From a virus (Duplodnaviria > Heunggongvirae > Uroviricota > Caudoviricetes), in the IMG/VR virus record IMGVR_UViG_2534681933_000013, positions 1-13,383 of that record: DNA of 13,383 nt; one strand, given 5' to 3'. Of this stretch, positions 1 through 9,990 are shown piece by piece. A program made the position numbers and the translations under genes. The notes under the pieces are model-generated. The model saw only the letters and a program-made list of their open reading frames with translations, was not told where the DNA came from and did not search any database. Within the stretch, counting starts at the first letter, position 1, and each line of letters opens with the position of its first letter.

Positions 1-777
<777 letters not shown>

Positions 778-856
778 TTCGAACTCCTTAAATTTATTTG
801 AAGGCAATAAAAAAGTAGGATTTATCCGCAATGGAAGCAAGGCATTACAGGCTTAA

Positions 857-876
857 TTTAAATAACAAAATCCTAA
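857..876 (-). promoter_or_regulatory. GAD box (GadE/GadX-type activator site) upstream of gadA
   Basis: The minus strand reads TTAGGATTTTGTTATTTAAA, an exact match to the 20-bp gad box as I recall it. It lies about 80-100 bp upstream of the gadA ATG in an AT-rich region. Confidence 0.6.
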
Positions 877-944
877 GCAGAAAAATGATCTTTTATAATA
901 TAAACATTTAATATGATAATATTAAAAACAGACTTTATTATCGT

Positions 945-977
945 AATAAAAATCGCCCAAACATTCCTGTTCGGGCG
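945..977 (-). terminator. Intrinsic terminator downstream of yhjA
   Basis: Stem CGCCCAAACA (954-963), loop TTCC, stem TGTTCGGGCG (968-977), 9 of 10 pairs. On the minus-strand RNA it is followed by AUUUUUAUU, about 10 nt after the yhjA stop. Confidence 0.6.
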
Positions 978-987
978 ATCAAATTAA

Positions 988-2385
988 TTATTGTTTATCC
1001 TGCATATACGGCGTGTAAACCCCGTTCAGACTGTGCAGGAAAGCTACGATATCATCCACATCCTCCTGCGGCAGCTCTTTGCCTACCTGATAGCGCAACA
1101 TCAGTTTCACCGCCCCGTCCAGCGTCGGCACGTCACCGCGATGGAAGTACGGTGCCGTTAAAGCAACGTTACGTAAACCGGGTACTTTCTGACGCAATTT
1201 ATCACGCTCTTCTTTAGTCACATTCATACGACCAATATCCGCCGCCGTAATTTCCCCAAAGTTAAAGTCTTTTTTCAGCCCCAACGGTTCGAAGGAACGT
1301 CCGCCGAGAATAATTCCACCATGACAAGTTGCACATTTATTATCTTTAAATAATTGATAGCCTTTTTTCTGTTGCGCCGTCAGCGCATTTTCATCCCCAC
1401 GCAACCATTTATCAAATGGGGAATCCGGCGTAATTAATGTTTTCTCAAATTCAGCAATGGCATCAGTAATATTTTCGCCACTGAAACCTTGCGGATAGAC
1501 GTCGAGGAACTGCGCTTTAAGCTGCGGATCTTTTTCCAGCTTAGCAATAATTTCGTCCCAGGATTTTGACGCCATTTCAATCGGGTTCAACGGCGGTCCA
1601 CCAGCCTGATCCTGCAATGTTGCCGCACGACCATCCCAGAACTGCTCAACGTTAAATACTGAGTTAAATACCGTCGGCGCGTTAATCGGCCCAACTGCGC
1701 CACCAACACCAATCGATGTTTTTCTGCCATCGACGCCCCCCGCATTCAACGCATGGCAATGAGCGCATGAAATGGTGCTATCAGCCGATAAACGGGGATC
1801 GTGATACAGCGCAAAGCCCAACGCCACTTTTTGCGCATCGGTAGGCAGTTTTTGCGGGATGGGCTGCACCGGTTCATTGCGATGCTCCGGAGCAGTATCA
1901 TTGCTGGCGTAATATTCCGCGCGCTGTTTTGCAATCCAGGCCAGTATTTCCGCCCGCTCTTCATCACTCACCTTACCCGCCCAGTGTAGCGCGGTATAAC
2001 GCGTTGGCGGCATAGTTTCATACTGCATCACCCATTCAATCTTATTCAGATCGCTTTGCGAAACGGGTTTATCAGCCAGCAGAGCAGCACGCACGGCCTC
2101 GAGGTTAAAAGATTTATATCCAAGCTTAATGTCGTAATCCATCAACTGTTTCGCGCCAGGAATATAATAATAGGCGGGTAATTCTGCCGAAGGCGTGTGG
2201 CAATAGTCGCATCCTTTTTCGCGGAGAAAGCCTAAAACCTTATTATTTTCACTGACAGCAGATGCCTGAACATCGGCCTGTTTACTGCGTTTATTATCGT
2301 GGTACCACACATAACCAGATAACCCTAAATAGCAAATCGCGACGCCAGCCAGGCCGATCGCGGTAATACGTGAGACCATTTTCAT
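988..2385 (-). CDS. yhjA: Membrane-anchored tri-haem cytochrome c peroxidase (465 aa)
   Basis: Complete ORF with an N-terminal hydrophobic segment and three CxxCH haem motifs (CDYCH, CAHCH, CATCH). GAGGGA Shine-Dalgarno upstream of the ATG. Position between gadA and treF matches K-12. Confidence 0.9.
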   Translation of the reverse strand: MKMVSRITAIGLAGVAICYLGLSGYVWYHDNKRSKQADVQASAVSENNKVLGFLREKGCDYCHTPSAELPAYYYIPGAKQLMDYDIKLGYKSFNLEAVRAALLADKPVSQSDLNKIEWVMQYETMPPTRYTALHWAGKVSDEERAEILAWIAKQRAEYYASNDTAPEHRNEPVQPIPQKLPTDAQKVALGFALYHDPRLSADSTISCAHCHALNAGGVDGRKTSIGVGGAVGPINAPTVFNSVFNVEQFWDGRAATLQDQAGGPPLNPIEMASKSWDEIIAKLEKDPQLKAQFLDVYPQGFSGENITDAIAEFEKTLITPDSPFDKWLRGDENALTAQQKKGYQLFKDNKCATCHGGIILGGRSFEPLGLKKDFNFGEITAADIGRMNVTKEERDKLRQKVPGLRNVALTAPYFHRGDVPTLDGAVKLMLRYQVGKELPQEDVDDIVAFLHSLNGVYTPYMQDKQ

Positions 2386-2492
2386 TATTCTTCCCTCACG
2401 GTGGTGAGTTATTGTGACCCAGAAAATTTTCCAGAATGCTGCAAACGTCTCTGCGAGACAAAGCCATCATAAAAAACAGGGAGATACGCTTT

Positions 2493-2506
2493 TTGATAGG
2501 AATCAA
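2493..2506. promoter_or_regulatory. FNR/CRP-family box TTGAT-N4-ATCAA upstream of yhjA
   Basis: TTGATAGGAATCAA matches both FNR half-sites perfectly, centred about 114 bp upstream of the yhjA ATG. yhjA is known to be anaerobically induced via FNR. Confidence 0.55.
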
Positions 2507-2759
2507 TCAATTACATGAATATAAACTATCAATAAGATAGCCTGTGCCTATTACCCAGATCAGGAATGGCATATCATGATTGCGGCAAGAGCAGGATTGA
2601 ATGTTCTGAAAATGAAAAACAACACGAAATCTGTATTTTTATAAATTCCATTGATATTAGTGCGTTATATTTTTTGACAGGTTAATAAACGTGATCCACC
2701 GCACGCTTTGTCGCCCACCAGGCGGAGCGAATGACTACCCTTAAAGAAAAGCCCGATAA

Positions 2760-4439
<1,680 letters not shown>

Positions 4440-4442
4440 TAT

Positions 4443-4480
4443 TTTTACAGCCAGCCGCTAACTTCCTGCTGGCTGTAAAA
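4443..4480. terminator. Hairpin between convergent treF and yhjB, possible terminator
   Basis: Perfect 12-13 bp inverted repeat TTTTACAGCCAGC / GCTGGCTGTAAAA around a 12-nt loop, starting 4 bp after the treF stop. The flanking U-tract is weak, so terminator function is uncertain. Confidence 0.4.
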
Positions 4481-4489
4481 TTATCCTCT

Positions 4490-5092
4490 TCAGGAGGAGA
4501 TATTTAACATCATTGCCGCCTGGGTGCGATTTTTCACTTCCAGACGGCGATACAGGGATTCCAGATGCGCTTTTACCGTTCCGGTACTGATATTCAGCGC
4601 TCTGCCGATCTCCTTATTTGATTCGCCCGCCGCTAACATGGTTAAAATCTCCCGCTGGCGGGCGCTTAACGATTTGAGATCTTTAATGTCCTTTTCCGGC
4701 GTCGTCCGCCAGTCTCCAGGCAGAAACATCATCCCCATCGCCGCACTATTTACCGCCAACGCAAATGTCTCGACGGTTGAATCACGAGGCACAATGGCCA
4801 GCACATTAAAATGGATAACTTCCTGTAACCACCGTTTATTGCAGTCCGTCGCCGTAATTAACACCTTAACCTCAGGAAATTGCACCACGGTTTTTTGCAG
4901 CAACCAGTAGCAAAACTCACCATCCTGATCGCCATCGAGCATAACTAAGGCTTCAGGGTAACTTTCCAGCTTTTGCCATAACTCGTCTGCCTGACTGGCC
5001 CCCTGAATACTCACTCCTGGAATACGCTGCTGTAAACTGATTTTCATTCCATGAATAAATATTGACTGCCTGTCAAACATGACTATTTGCAT
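4490..5092 (-). CDS. yhjB: LuxR/FixJ-type HTH regulator with a degenerate receiver-like N-terminus (200 aa)
   Basis: Complete ORF with a C-terminal LuxR-type HTH (REILTMLAAGESNKEIGRALNISTGTVKAHLESLYRRL). Position and length match K-12 yhjB. Confidence 0.85.
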   Translation of the reverse strand: MQIVMFDRQSIFIHGMKISLQQRIPGVSIQGASQADELWQKLESYPEALVMLDGDQDGEFCYWLLQKTVVQFPEVKVLITATDCNKRWLQEVIHFNVLAIVPRDSTVETFALAVNSAAMGMMFLPGDWRTTPEKDIKDLKSLSARQREILTMLAAGESNKEIGRALNISTGTVKAHLESLYRRLEVKNRTQAAMMLNISS

Positions 5093-5611
5093 AACTGAAT
5101 CTCCACCTGAATACGTTAAAAAGACTTAAGTAGTGGAAGGGTATTACCCGCGAGAAAAAATAAGAATTCGCCATTTGGCGGTGGCCATTCTACAGAGATG
5201 GCGCGTAGAAAATAGTTACCGATATAAATAGTTACAGCTAAACGCCTGAAATTACATGTCGAGGGCACTATTTAAAACAATTTTGAGGATTTCCTTATAT
5301 TGGTGGTTAGTACGCATGCAATTAAAAATGAAATTCCGCGACCACAAGCCAAAATAACAAATGGCAATGAGACAAAAATAAGCACAAATAGCCAATATGT
5401 CCTCTATTCACTTTAAAGGGAATCGCTGAAAAATACGCTCTGTTTAAGGGGATTCACCTTTCTCAGAAAGCTATTCCGCCCTTTTCCTGCTGAGAAATCG
5501 CCACATTCGTCATGACAACATTGTGAAACCCGGCATTAGATGTTAGAAAAAATAATAAACAATGCGATATGCGCGTTACTGTTTCGCTGTGAACAACAAT
5601 CGGTCAAAGAA

Positions 5612-6592
5612 ATGGATAAAATTCACGCAATGCAGTTGTTCATCAAAGTCGCGGAGCTGGAAAGTTTTTCCCGCGCAGCGGATTTCTTTGCTTTGCCAAA
5701 AGGAAGTGTTTCGCGCCAGATACAGGCACTGGAACATCAACTTGGCACCCAGCTTCTCCAGCGCACCACGCGACGGGTCAAACTCACGCCAGAAGGCATG
5801 ACCTATTATCAACGAGCAAAAGATGTGTTGAGTAATCTCAACGAACTGGACGGTCTGTTTCAGCAGGATGCCACCAGTATCAGCGGTAAATTACGCATCG
5901 ACATCCCGCCAGGAATCGCAAAAAGCCTGTTACTGCCGCACCTGTCGGAATTTCTCTATCAGCATCCGGGAATTGAGCTGGAACTGAGTAGCCATGACCG
6001 TCCGGTAGATATTCTTCATGATGGTTTTGATTGCGTGATACGCACTGGCGCGTTACCGGAAGATGGCGTTATCGCCCGTCCCCTCGGCAAACTGACCATG
6101 GTCAACTGTGCCAGTCCGCACTATCTGACGCGCTTTGGTTATCCGCAAAACCCCGACGATCTCACTTCACACGCAATAGTGCGTTATACACCGCACCTGG
6201 GTGTACATCCGTTAGGTTTTGAGGTTGCCAGCGTTAATGGCGTCCAGTGGTTTAAGTCTGGCGGCATGTTGACGGTAAACAGTAGCGAAAACTATCTCGC
6301 CGCCGGTCTTGCCGGTCTGGGGATTATTCAGATCCCGCGCATTGCCGTGCGCGAAGCCCTGCGTGCCGGGCGGCTTATTGAAGTGTTGCCAGGCTACCGT
6401 GCCGAGCCGCTCTCCCTTTCGCTGGTTTATCCGCAGCGTCGGGAGCTTTCCCGGCGTGTAAACCTGTTTATTGATGCGCCGCGCGATAAATGCACTCTAT
6501 CTTGTGCGATAAATGGCATCCACGCGGCGTTTCATTATTTGAAAAAGAATTACATTTCAGGTTGCGTTATGACAGTCCCAACAGGGTGGTAG
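5612..6592 (+). CDS. yhjC: LysR-family transcriptional regulator whose last ~40 codons read into prophage DNA (chimeric C-terminus)
   Basis: N-terminal LysR HTH (MDKIHAMQLFIKVAELESFSRAADFFALPKGSVSRQ). I prefer the ATG at 5612 to the ORF-track start at 5540 because it gives the canonical LysR N-terminus. The ORF is 326 codons versus about 299 expected, and the tail from about 6472 has Mu-end character. Confidence 0.8.
   Translation: MDKIHAMQLFIKVAELESFSRAADFFALPKGSVSRQIQALEHQLGTQLLQRTTRRVKLTPEGMTYYQRAKDVLSNLNELDGLFQQDATSISGKLRIDIPPGIAKSLLLPHLSEFLYQHPGIELELSSHDRPVDILHDGFDCVIRTGALPEDGVIARPLGKLTMVNCASPHYLTRFGYPQNPDDLTSHAIVRYTPHLGVHPLGFEVASVNGVQWFKSGGMLTVNSSENYLAAGLAGLGIIQIPRIAVREALRAGRLIEVLPGYRAEPLSLSLVYPQRRELSRRVNLFIDAPRDKCTLSCAINGIHAAFHYLKKNYISGCVMTVPTGW
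6472..6540. repeat. Prophage terminal region with Mu R1/R2-like transposase-binding repeats
   Basis: TGATGCGCCGCGCGATAAATGC matches 17 of 22 positions of the Mu right end as I recall it (TGAAGCGGCGCACGAAAAACGC). CGATAAATG occurs twice, at 6484-6492 and 6507-6515, 23 bp apart. Confidence 0.55.
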
Positions 6593-7122
6593 CGGTAGAT
6601 CGTTGACAGTCCAATATCATAGATAATTGCCAGCCGCTTTCTGTCATACCCTTTCTGGAGCAATCTTGCGATCTGCTCATGCTGCTCCTTCGTCAGTTTC
6701 GGGCGACGTCCTCCAACTCTCCCTTGTGCTCGCGCAGCAGCCAGTCCTGCCAGCGTGCGCTCAACTATCAGTTCACGCTCCATTTCTGCCAGTGCACCCA
6801 TCATATGAAAAAAGAACCTTCCCATCGGAGTGCTGGTATCGATTGAATCCGTCAGACTGCGAAAATTGACACCTTTTGCGCGTAGCTCTTCTGTGAGAGC
6901 AATGAGGTGTTTCATTCTTCTACCCAACCGATCCAGCTTCCAGACCACCAATGTATCCCCTCTTTTAAGGCACTTTAAAGCGCGTTTCAGGCCTGGTCGT
7001 TCCGACTTGGTTCCGCTCATTTTGTCCTCAAAAATCTGTTCACATCCTGCGCACATTAATGCATTGCGTTGCAAATCTGTGTTTTGGTCATTTGTTGACA
7101 CACGTATGTAGCCAATCAGCAT
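6550..7122 (-). CDS. Serine DNA invertase of the Hin/Gin/Pin/Cin family (190 aa)
   Basis: Translation from the ATG at 7120-7122 reads MLIGYIRVSTNDQNTDLQRNAL...DRLGRRMKHL...SLTDSIDTSTPMGRFFFHMMGALAEMERELIVERTLAGLAAARAQGR, closely resembling Hin and Gin with the catalytic Ser in RVSTNDQ. The 292-aa ORF-track extension upstream is antisense read-through of a fibre cassette. Confidence 0.9.
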   Translation of the reverse strand: MLIGYIRVSTNDQNTDLQRNALMCAGCEQIFEDKMSGTKSERPGLKRALKCLKRGDTLVVWKLDRLGRRMKHLIALTEELRAKGVNFRSLTDSIDTSTPMGRFFFHMMGALAEMERELIVERTLAGLAAARAQGRVGGRRPKLTKEQHEQIARLLQKGYDRKRLAIIYDIGLSTIYRYHPVGTVITQPEM

Positions 7123-7176
7123 TAAAAATACTCCCTTTTGAGTGGTTAAAGTACTGAGATAATGTGGGGAGGATTT

Positions 7177-7202
7177 GAGAGATAAACGTTGGTTTAGGGG
7201 AA
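7177..7202 (+). promoter_or_regulatory. hix/gix-like 26-bp recombination site 1
   Basis: GAGAGATAAACG-TT-GGTTTAGGGGAA. The right half-site is shared with sites 2 and 3, and the site sits at the 5' edge of the conserved fibre crossover region. Confidence 0.55.
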
Positions 7203-7700
7203 GACTCGGCGCTGCCCGTTGGTGTGCCCGTTCCATGGCCCTCAGCCACACCGCCAACGGGGTGGCTGAAATGCAATGGTGCAGCATTTTCTTCTGAAAT
7301 GTATCCCAAACTGGCAAAAGCCTACCCACCAATAAATTACCGGATTTACGGGGAGAATTTATTCGCGGTTGGGATGATGGGCGCGGGGTGGATGCTGGCC
7401 GCGCTTTGCTTAATTGGCAGCCACACACAATTTTGGATCATGCACACTATATGGAATTATGGACCGGGGATGGACTTGCCGCGGGAAGTACACGGGAAGG
7501 AGTAACCCCTGGAATACTGGCTACATACGGGGACGGGGGAATAGTTAAAACAGACGTAACCCGGTTTTAAATGTGCCTTCCTCACTACGTAGCCATTTAG
7601 CTCTCGTAATGTAAAACGGTTTGGTGAAATTAGTGGAAATGTAGGTACAGAAACTCGCCCTCGCAACGTTGCATTTAATTACATCGTAAGAGCCGCATGA
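7203..7700 (+). pseudogene. Silent, degenerate alternative tail-fibre C-terminal cassette 1
   Basis: Begins with the crossover-region peptide (ALPVGVPVPWPSATPPTGWLKCNGAAFSSEMYPKLAKAYP). A 1-nt deficit in a C-run near 7326-7330 shifts the frame, a stop follows at 7568-7570 and several stops at 7590-7627. The conserved C-terminus GNVGTETRPRNVAFNYIVRAA is still encoded at 7635-7697. Confidence 0.6.
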
Positions 7701-7719
7701 AAACGTTGGTTTAGGAGAA
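7694..7719 (+). promoter_or_regulatory. hix/gix-like 26-bp recombination site 2
   Basis: CGCATGAAAACG-TT-GGTTTAGGAGAA, in the same orientation as site 1. It overlaps the stop codon of cassette 1 and immediately precedes cassette 2. Confidence 0.55.
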
Positions 7720-8187
7720 GGTTCTGCACTGCCCGTTGGCGTGCCTGTTCCATGGCCCTTAGCAACACCACCAACGGGCTGGCTGAAATGTAACGGTGCA
7801 GCATTTTCTTCTGAAATGTACCCCAAACTGGCAAAAGCCTACCCCACCAATAAATTACCGGATTTACGCGGAGAATTTATCCGTGGCTGGGATGATGGGC
7901 GAGGAATTGATGCGGCACGCGCTTTATTGAGCATTCAAAGCGGGATGTTGGAAAAACATCGCCATATTGTTGTAGCTAACGATGGATATGACACAAAAGA
8001 TGAATGGGAGTTGGCTACGATTTTCAAAAAAACATATACACAAGGCAGGGGGCTTGATGCCACAAATACAGGAGGGAGTTTGATTCCATCACCAACGCTT
8101 CATTCACGAGGAAGTATTGGTAACACAGGTGGTAGTGAAACCCGCCCCCGCAATATTGCATTTAACTATATCGTGAGGGCGGCTTAG
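7720..8187 (+). CDS. Silent alternative tail-fibre C-terminal cassette 2, promoterless gene segment with an intact frame
   Basis: Open frame from the crossover site through GSALPVGVPVPWPLATPPTGWLKCNGAAFSSEMYPKLAKAYPTNKLPDLRGEFIRGWDDGRG to the family C-terminus ...ETRPRNIAFNYIVRAA. It has no start context of its own and would be expressed only after inversion. Confidence 0.6.
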   Translation, partial: GSALPVGVPVPWPLATPPTGWLKCNGAAFSSEMYPKLAKAYPTNKLPDLRGEFIRGWDDGRGIDAARALLSIQSGMLEKHRHIVVANDGYDTKDEWELATIFKKTYTQGRGLDATNTGGSLIPSPTLHSRGSIGNTGGSETRPRNIAFNYIVRAA

Positions 8188-8193
8188 TTATAT

Positions 8194-8805
8194 TCAACTG
8201 GCTGATGCCAGTGGTATTTCCGGCAAGTTGATATCTGGTGCCATGTTTATATCCATTGCGTTCAGCGCGTCTATATAATCCAGCACGGCATTAAGCCGGG
8301 TGGTTTCTGCCTGCGTCAACTTCCGCCCGGCCCGCAACTTCAACTGAATCAGACTTATGGAATCCATTGCCGCATCAGCCAGTGACTGGCGCTTGGTTTC
8401 TGCCGCTTCTACTGCGGCACGATGTTGTACCTCAGTATCTGTCACCCATTTTTCACCATCCCATTTATCGTATGGTGTTAACGGGGCGATAGTGGTTGTA
8501 TTTTTCGGGTAGTCACCCAGCGCCGTGATTTCTTCGGTGTTTCCCGTGTCAGTGCTATAGACGGTTTCACCACGATGGTCTGGCGCATACTCCCATGAAT
8601 TTAAATCCTCCGAACGGCGAATAGCATAGCCAGATTTATGTGCGCCTGGGGCATCTAAACAGGAATTAGCCGGAATACCAACACCCACAGCAAGATATTC
8701 AGTTGATTCGGAAATATATTCCCGTGTCTCACCATCATAGTTATAAACGACGATGTTTCCTGCCTGTACGGCAATAAGGTCATCATTTAATATCGCGTTA
8801 TTCAT
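8194..8805 (-). CDS. Tail-fibre assembly chaperone (Mu U / lambda Tfa-like, 203 aa)
   Basis: Complete ORF immediately downstream of the fibre gene with a TAATG stop/start overlap, in the position occupied by tfa genes in Mu, P1, e14 and lambda. Call is by position and size; I could not confirm a family motif. Confidence 0.75.
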   Translation of the reverse strand: MNNAILNDDLIAVQAGNIVVYNYDGETREYISESTEYLAVGVGIPANSCLDAPGAHKSGYAIRRSEDLNSWEYAPDHRGETVYSTDTGNTEEITALGDYPKNTTTIAPLTPYDKWDGEKWVTDTEVQHRAAVEAAETKRQSLADAAMDSISLIQLKLRAGRKLTQAETTRLNAVLDYIDALNAMDINMAPDINLPEIPLASAS

Positions 8806-9253
8806 TATGCGGTTCTCACAATATAATTGAAGGCAATATTGCGTGGGCGGTTTTCATTCCCATCTGAGGATTCCGTTCTGTATTGACTGGTAAATCTACC
8901 GTTAATTGCACCTTGCCGGACGGCATTATCTGTCGACAACAGACTATCCCCTCTTTTGTCATTTGGCACCAGTACCGTGTTATCCCACGCATCCCATGAC
9001 CGAATATTATGATAATGACTTCCTGTTAACCACCCCTGCATGCTTAAGATGCCCCTTCCGGCATCCACCCCGCGCCCATCATCCCAGCCACGGATAAATT
9101 CTCCGCGTAAATCCGGTAATTTATTGTTGGGTAGGCCTTTGCCAGATTTGGGTACATTTCAGAAGAAAATGCTGCACCGTTACATTTCAGCCAGCCCGTT
9201 GGTGGTGTTGCTAAGGGCCATGGAACAGGCACGCCAACGGGCAGTGCAGAACC

Positions 9254-9279
9254 TTCTCCTAAACCAAGGTAATTGAGGA
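9254..9279 (-). promoter_or_regulatory. hix/gix-like 26-bp recombination site 3, within the expressed fibre gene
   Basis: Plus strand TTCTCCTAAACC-AA-GGTAATTGAGGA matches about 19 of 26 positions of hixL as I recall it (TTCTTGAAAACCAAGGTTTTTGATAA). It is inverted relative to sites 1 and 2 and lies at the constant/variable boundary. Confidence 0.6.
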
Positions 9280-9439
9280 CTTCTTTTATACTGCCCATAG
9301 CGATAATAGCGCGACCAATAGCTGTAAGGGTTGTCAGTGCTGCGCGGTCTGCTCCGGTAAAATAAGGCAACCGATCTGCTGCAGTGGCAAGTCCTGCCAG
9401 AGCAGTGAGCGTGGCATCTGCCGGTTGTTTTCCGTTTGC

Positions 9440-9990
9440 CAGATCGTATGCAGCCTTGACCGCTTTCGGTGTGGCGGCCAGTATTTCAGACGTGCTGTTG
9501 ATGTCACTGCTCAATTGTACGGTGCCTTTTGCCGTCAGCGAGGCAGCAGGCACTCCCGTTATCTGACTCCACGGGTGAGTGTGGCTGACGGGCGCCTTGC
9601 CGGCTGCAAGGTCGTATGCAGCCTTGACCGCCTTCGGCGTGGCAGCCTCAGTTTCTGATTGACTGTCCGTGGCGCTGCTCAGTTGTACGGTGCCTTTTGC
9701 CGTCAGCGAGGCAGCAGGGACTCCCGTTATCTGACTCCACGGGTGAGTGTGGCTGACGGGCGCCTTGCCGGCTGCAAGGTCGTATGCAGCCTTGACCGCC
9801 TTCGGCGTGGCAGCCTCAGTTTCTGATTGACTGTCCGTGGCGCTGCTCAGTTGTACGGTGCCTTTTGCCGTCAGCGAGGCAGCAGGCACTCCCGTTATCT
9901 GACTCCACGGGTGAGTATGGCTGACGGGGGCCTTGCCGGCAGCCAGGTCATATGCAGCCTTGACGGCCTTTGGTGTGGCGGCCAGCGTTT
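9440..9990 (-). repeat. 168-bp in-frame tandem repeat array inside the tail-fibre gene
   Basis: The string CTGACTCC recurs at 9563, 9731 and 9899. Units 9563-9730 and 9731-9898 are near-identical; the flanking units are partial or diverged. Each unit encodes a 56-aa module. Confidence 0.8.

Noticed and set aside
4524-4910. 128-aa plus-strand ORF inside yhjB
   Set aside because: Antisense to yhjB; no independent support.
5540-5611. Upstream start for yhjC as given in the ORF track (350 aa)
   Set aside because: The ATG at 5612 gives the canonical LysR N-terminus and expected length. The 24 extra codons have no HTH context and lie in AT-rich promoter-like DNA.
5093-5611. Unusually long (519 bp) yhjB-yhjC divergent intergenic region as a possible sRNA or small-protein locus
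   Set aside because: I could find no convincing hairpin plus U-tract, conserved box or small ORF with a ribosome-binding site by eye. The spacing matches the K-12 layout as I recall it, so it is probably ordinary promoter DNA.
6550-7122. Invertase considered as a Tn3-family resolvase marking a transposon
   Set aside because: Its size (190 aa), Hin/Gin-like sequence and adjacency to hix-like sites and fibre cassettes fit a phage invertase. No transposase or res site is nearby.
7123-7428. N-terminal extension of the invertase ORF to 292 aa
   Set aside because: Serine invertases are about 185-190 aa and start at MLIGY. The extension is the antisense strand of fibre cassette 1, and similar antisense peptides recur at 9040-9276 because the cassette DNA is repeated.
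7177-9279. Diversity-generating retroelement as the explanation for repeated fibre C-terminal segments
   Set aside because: There is no reverse transcriptase and no adenine-specific template/variable repeat pattern. The repeats are flanked by invertase sites next to a Hin-type invertase, so this is DNA inversion.
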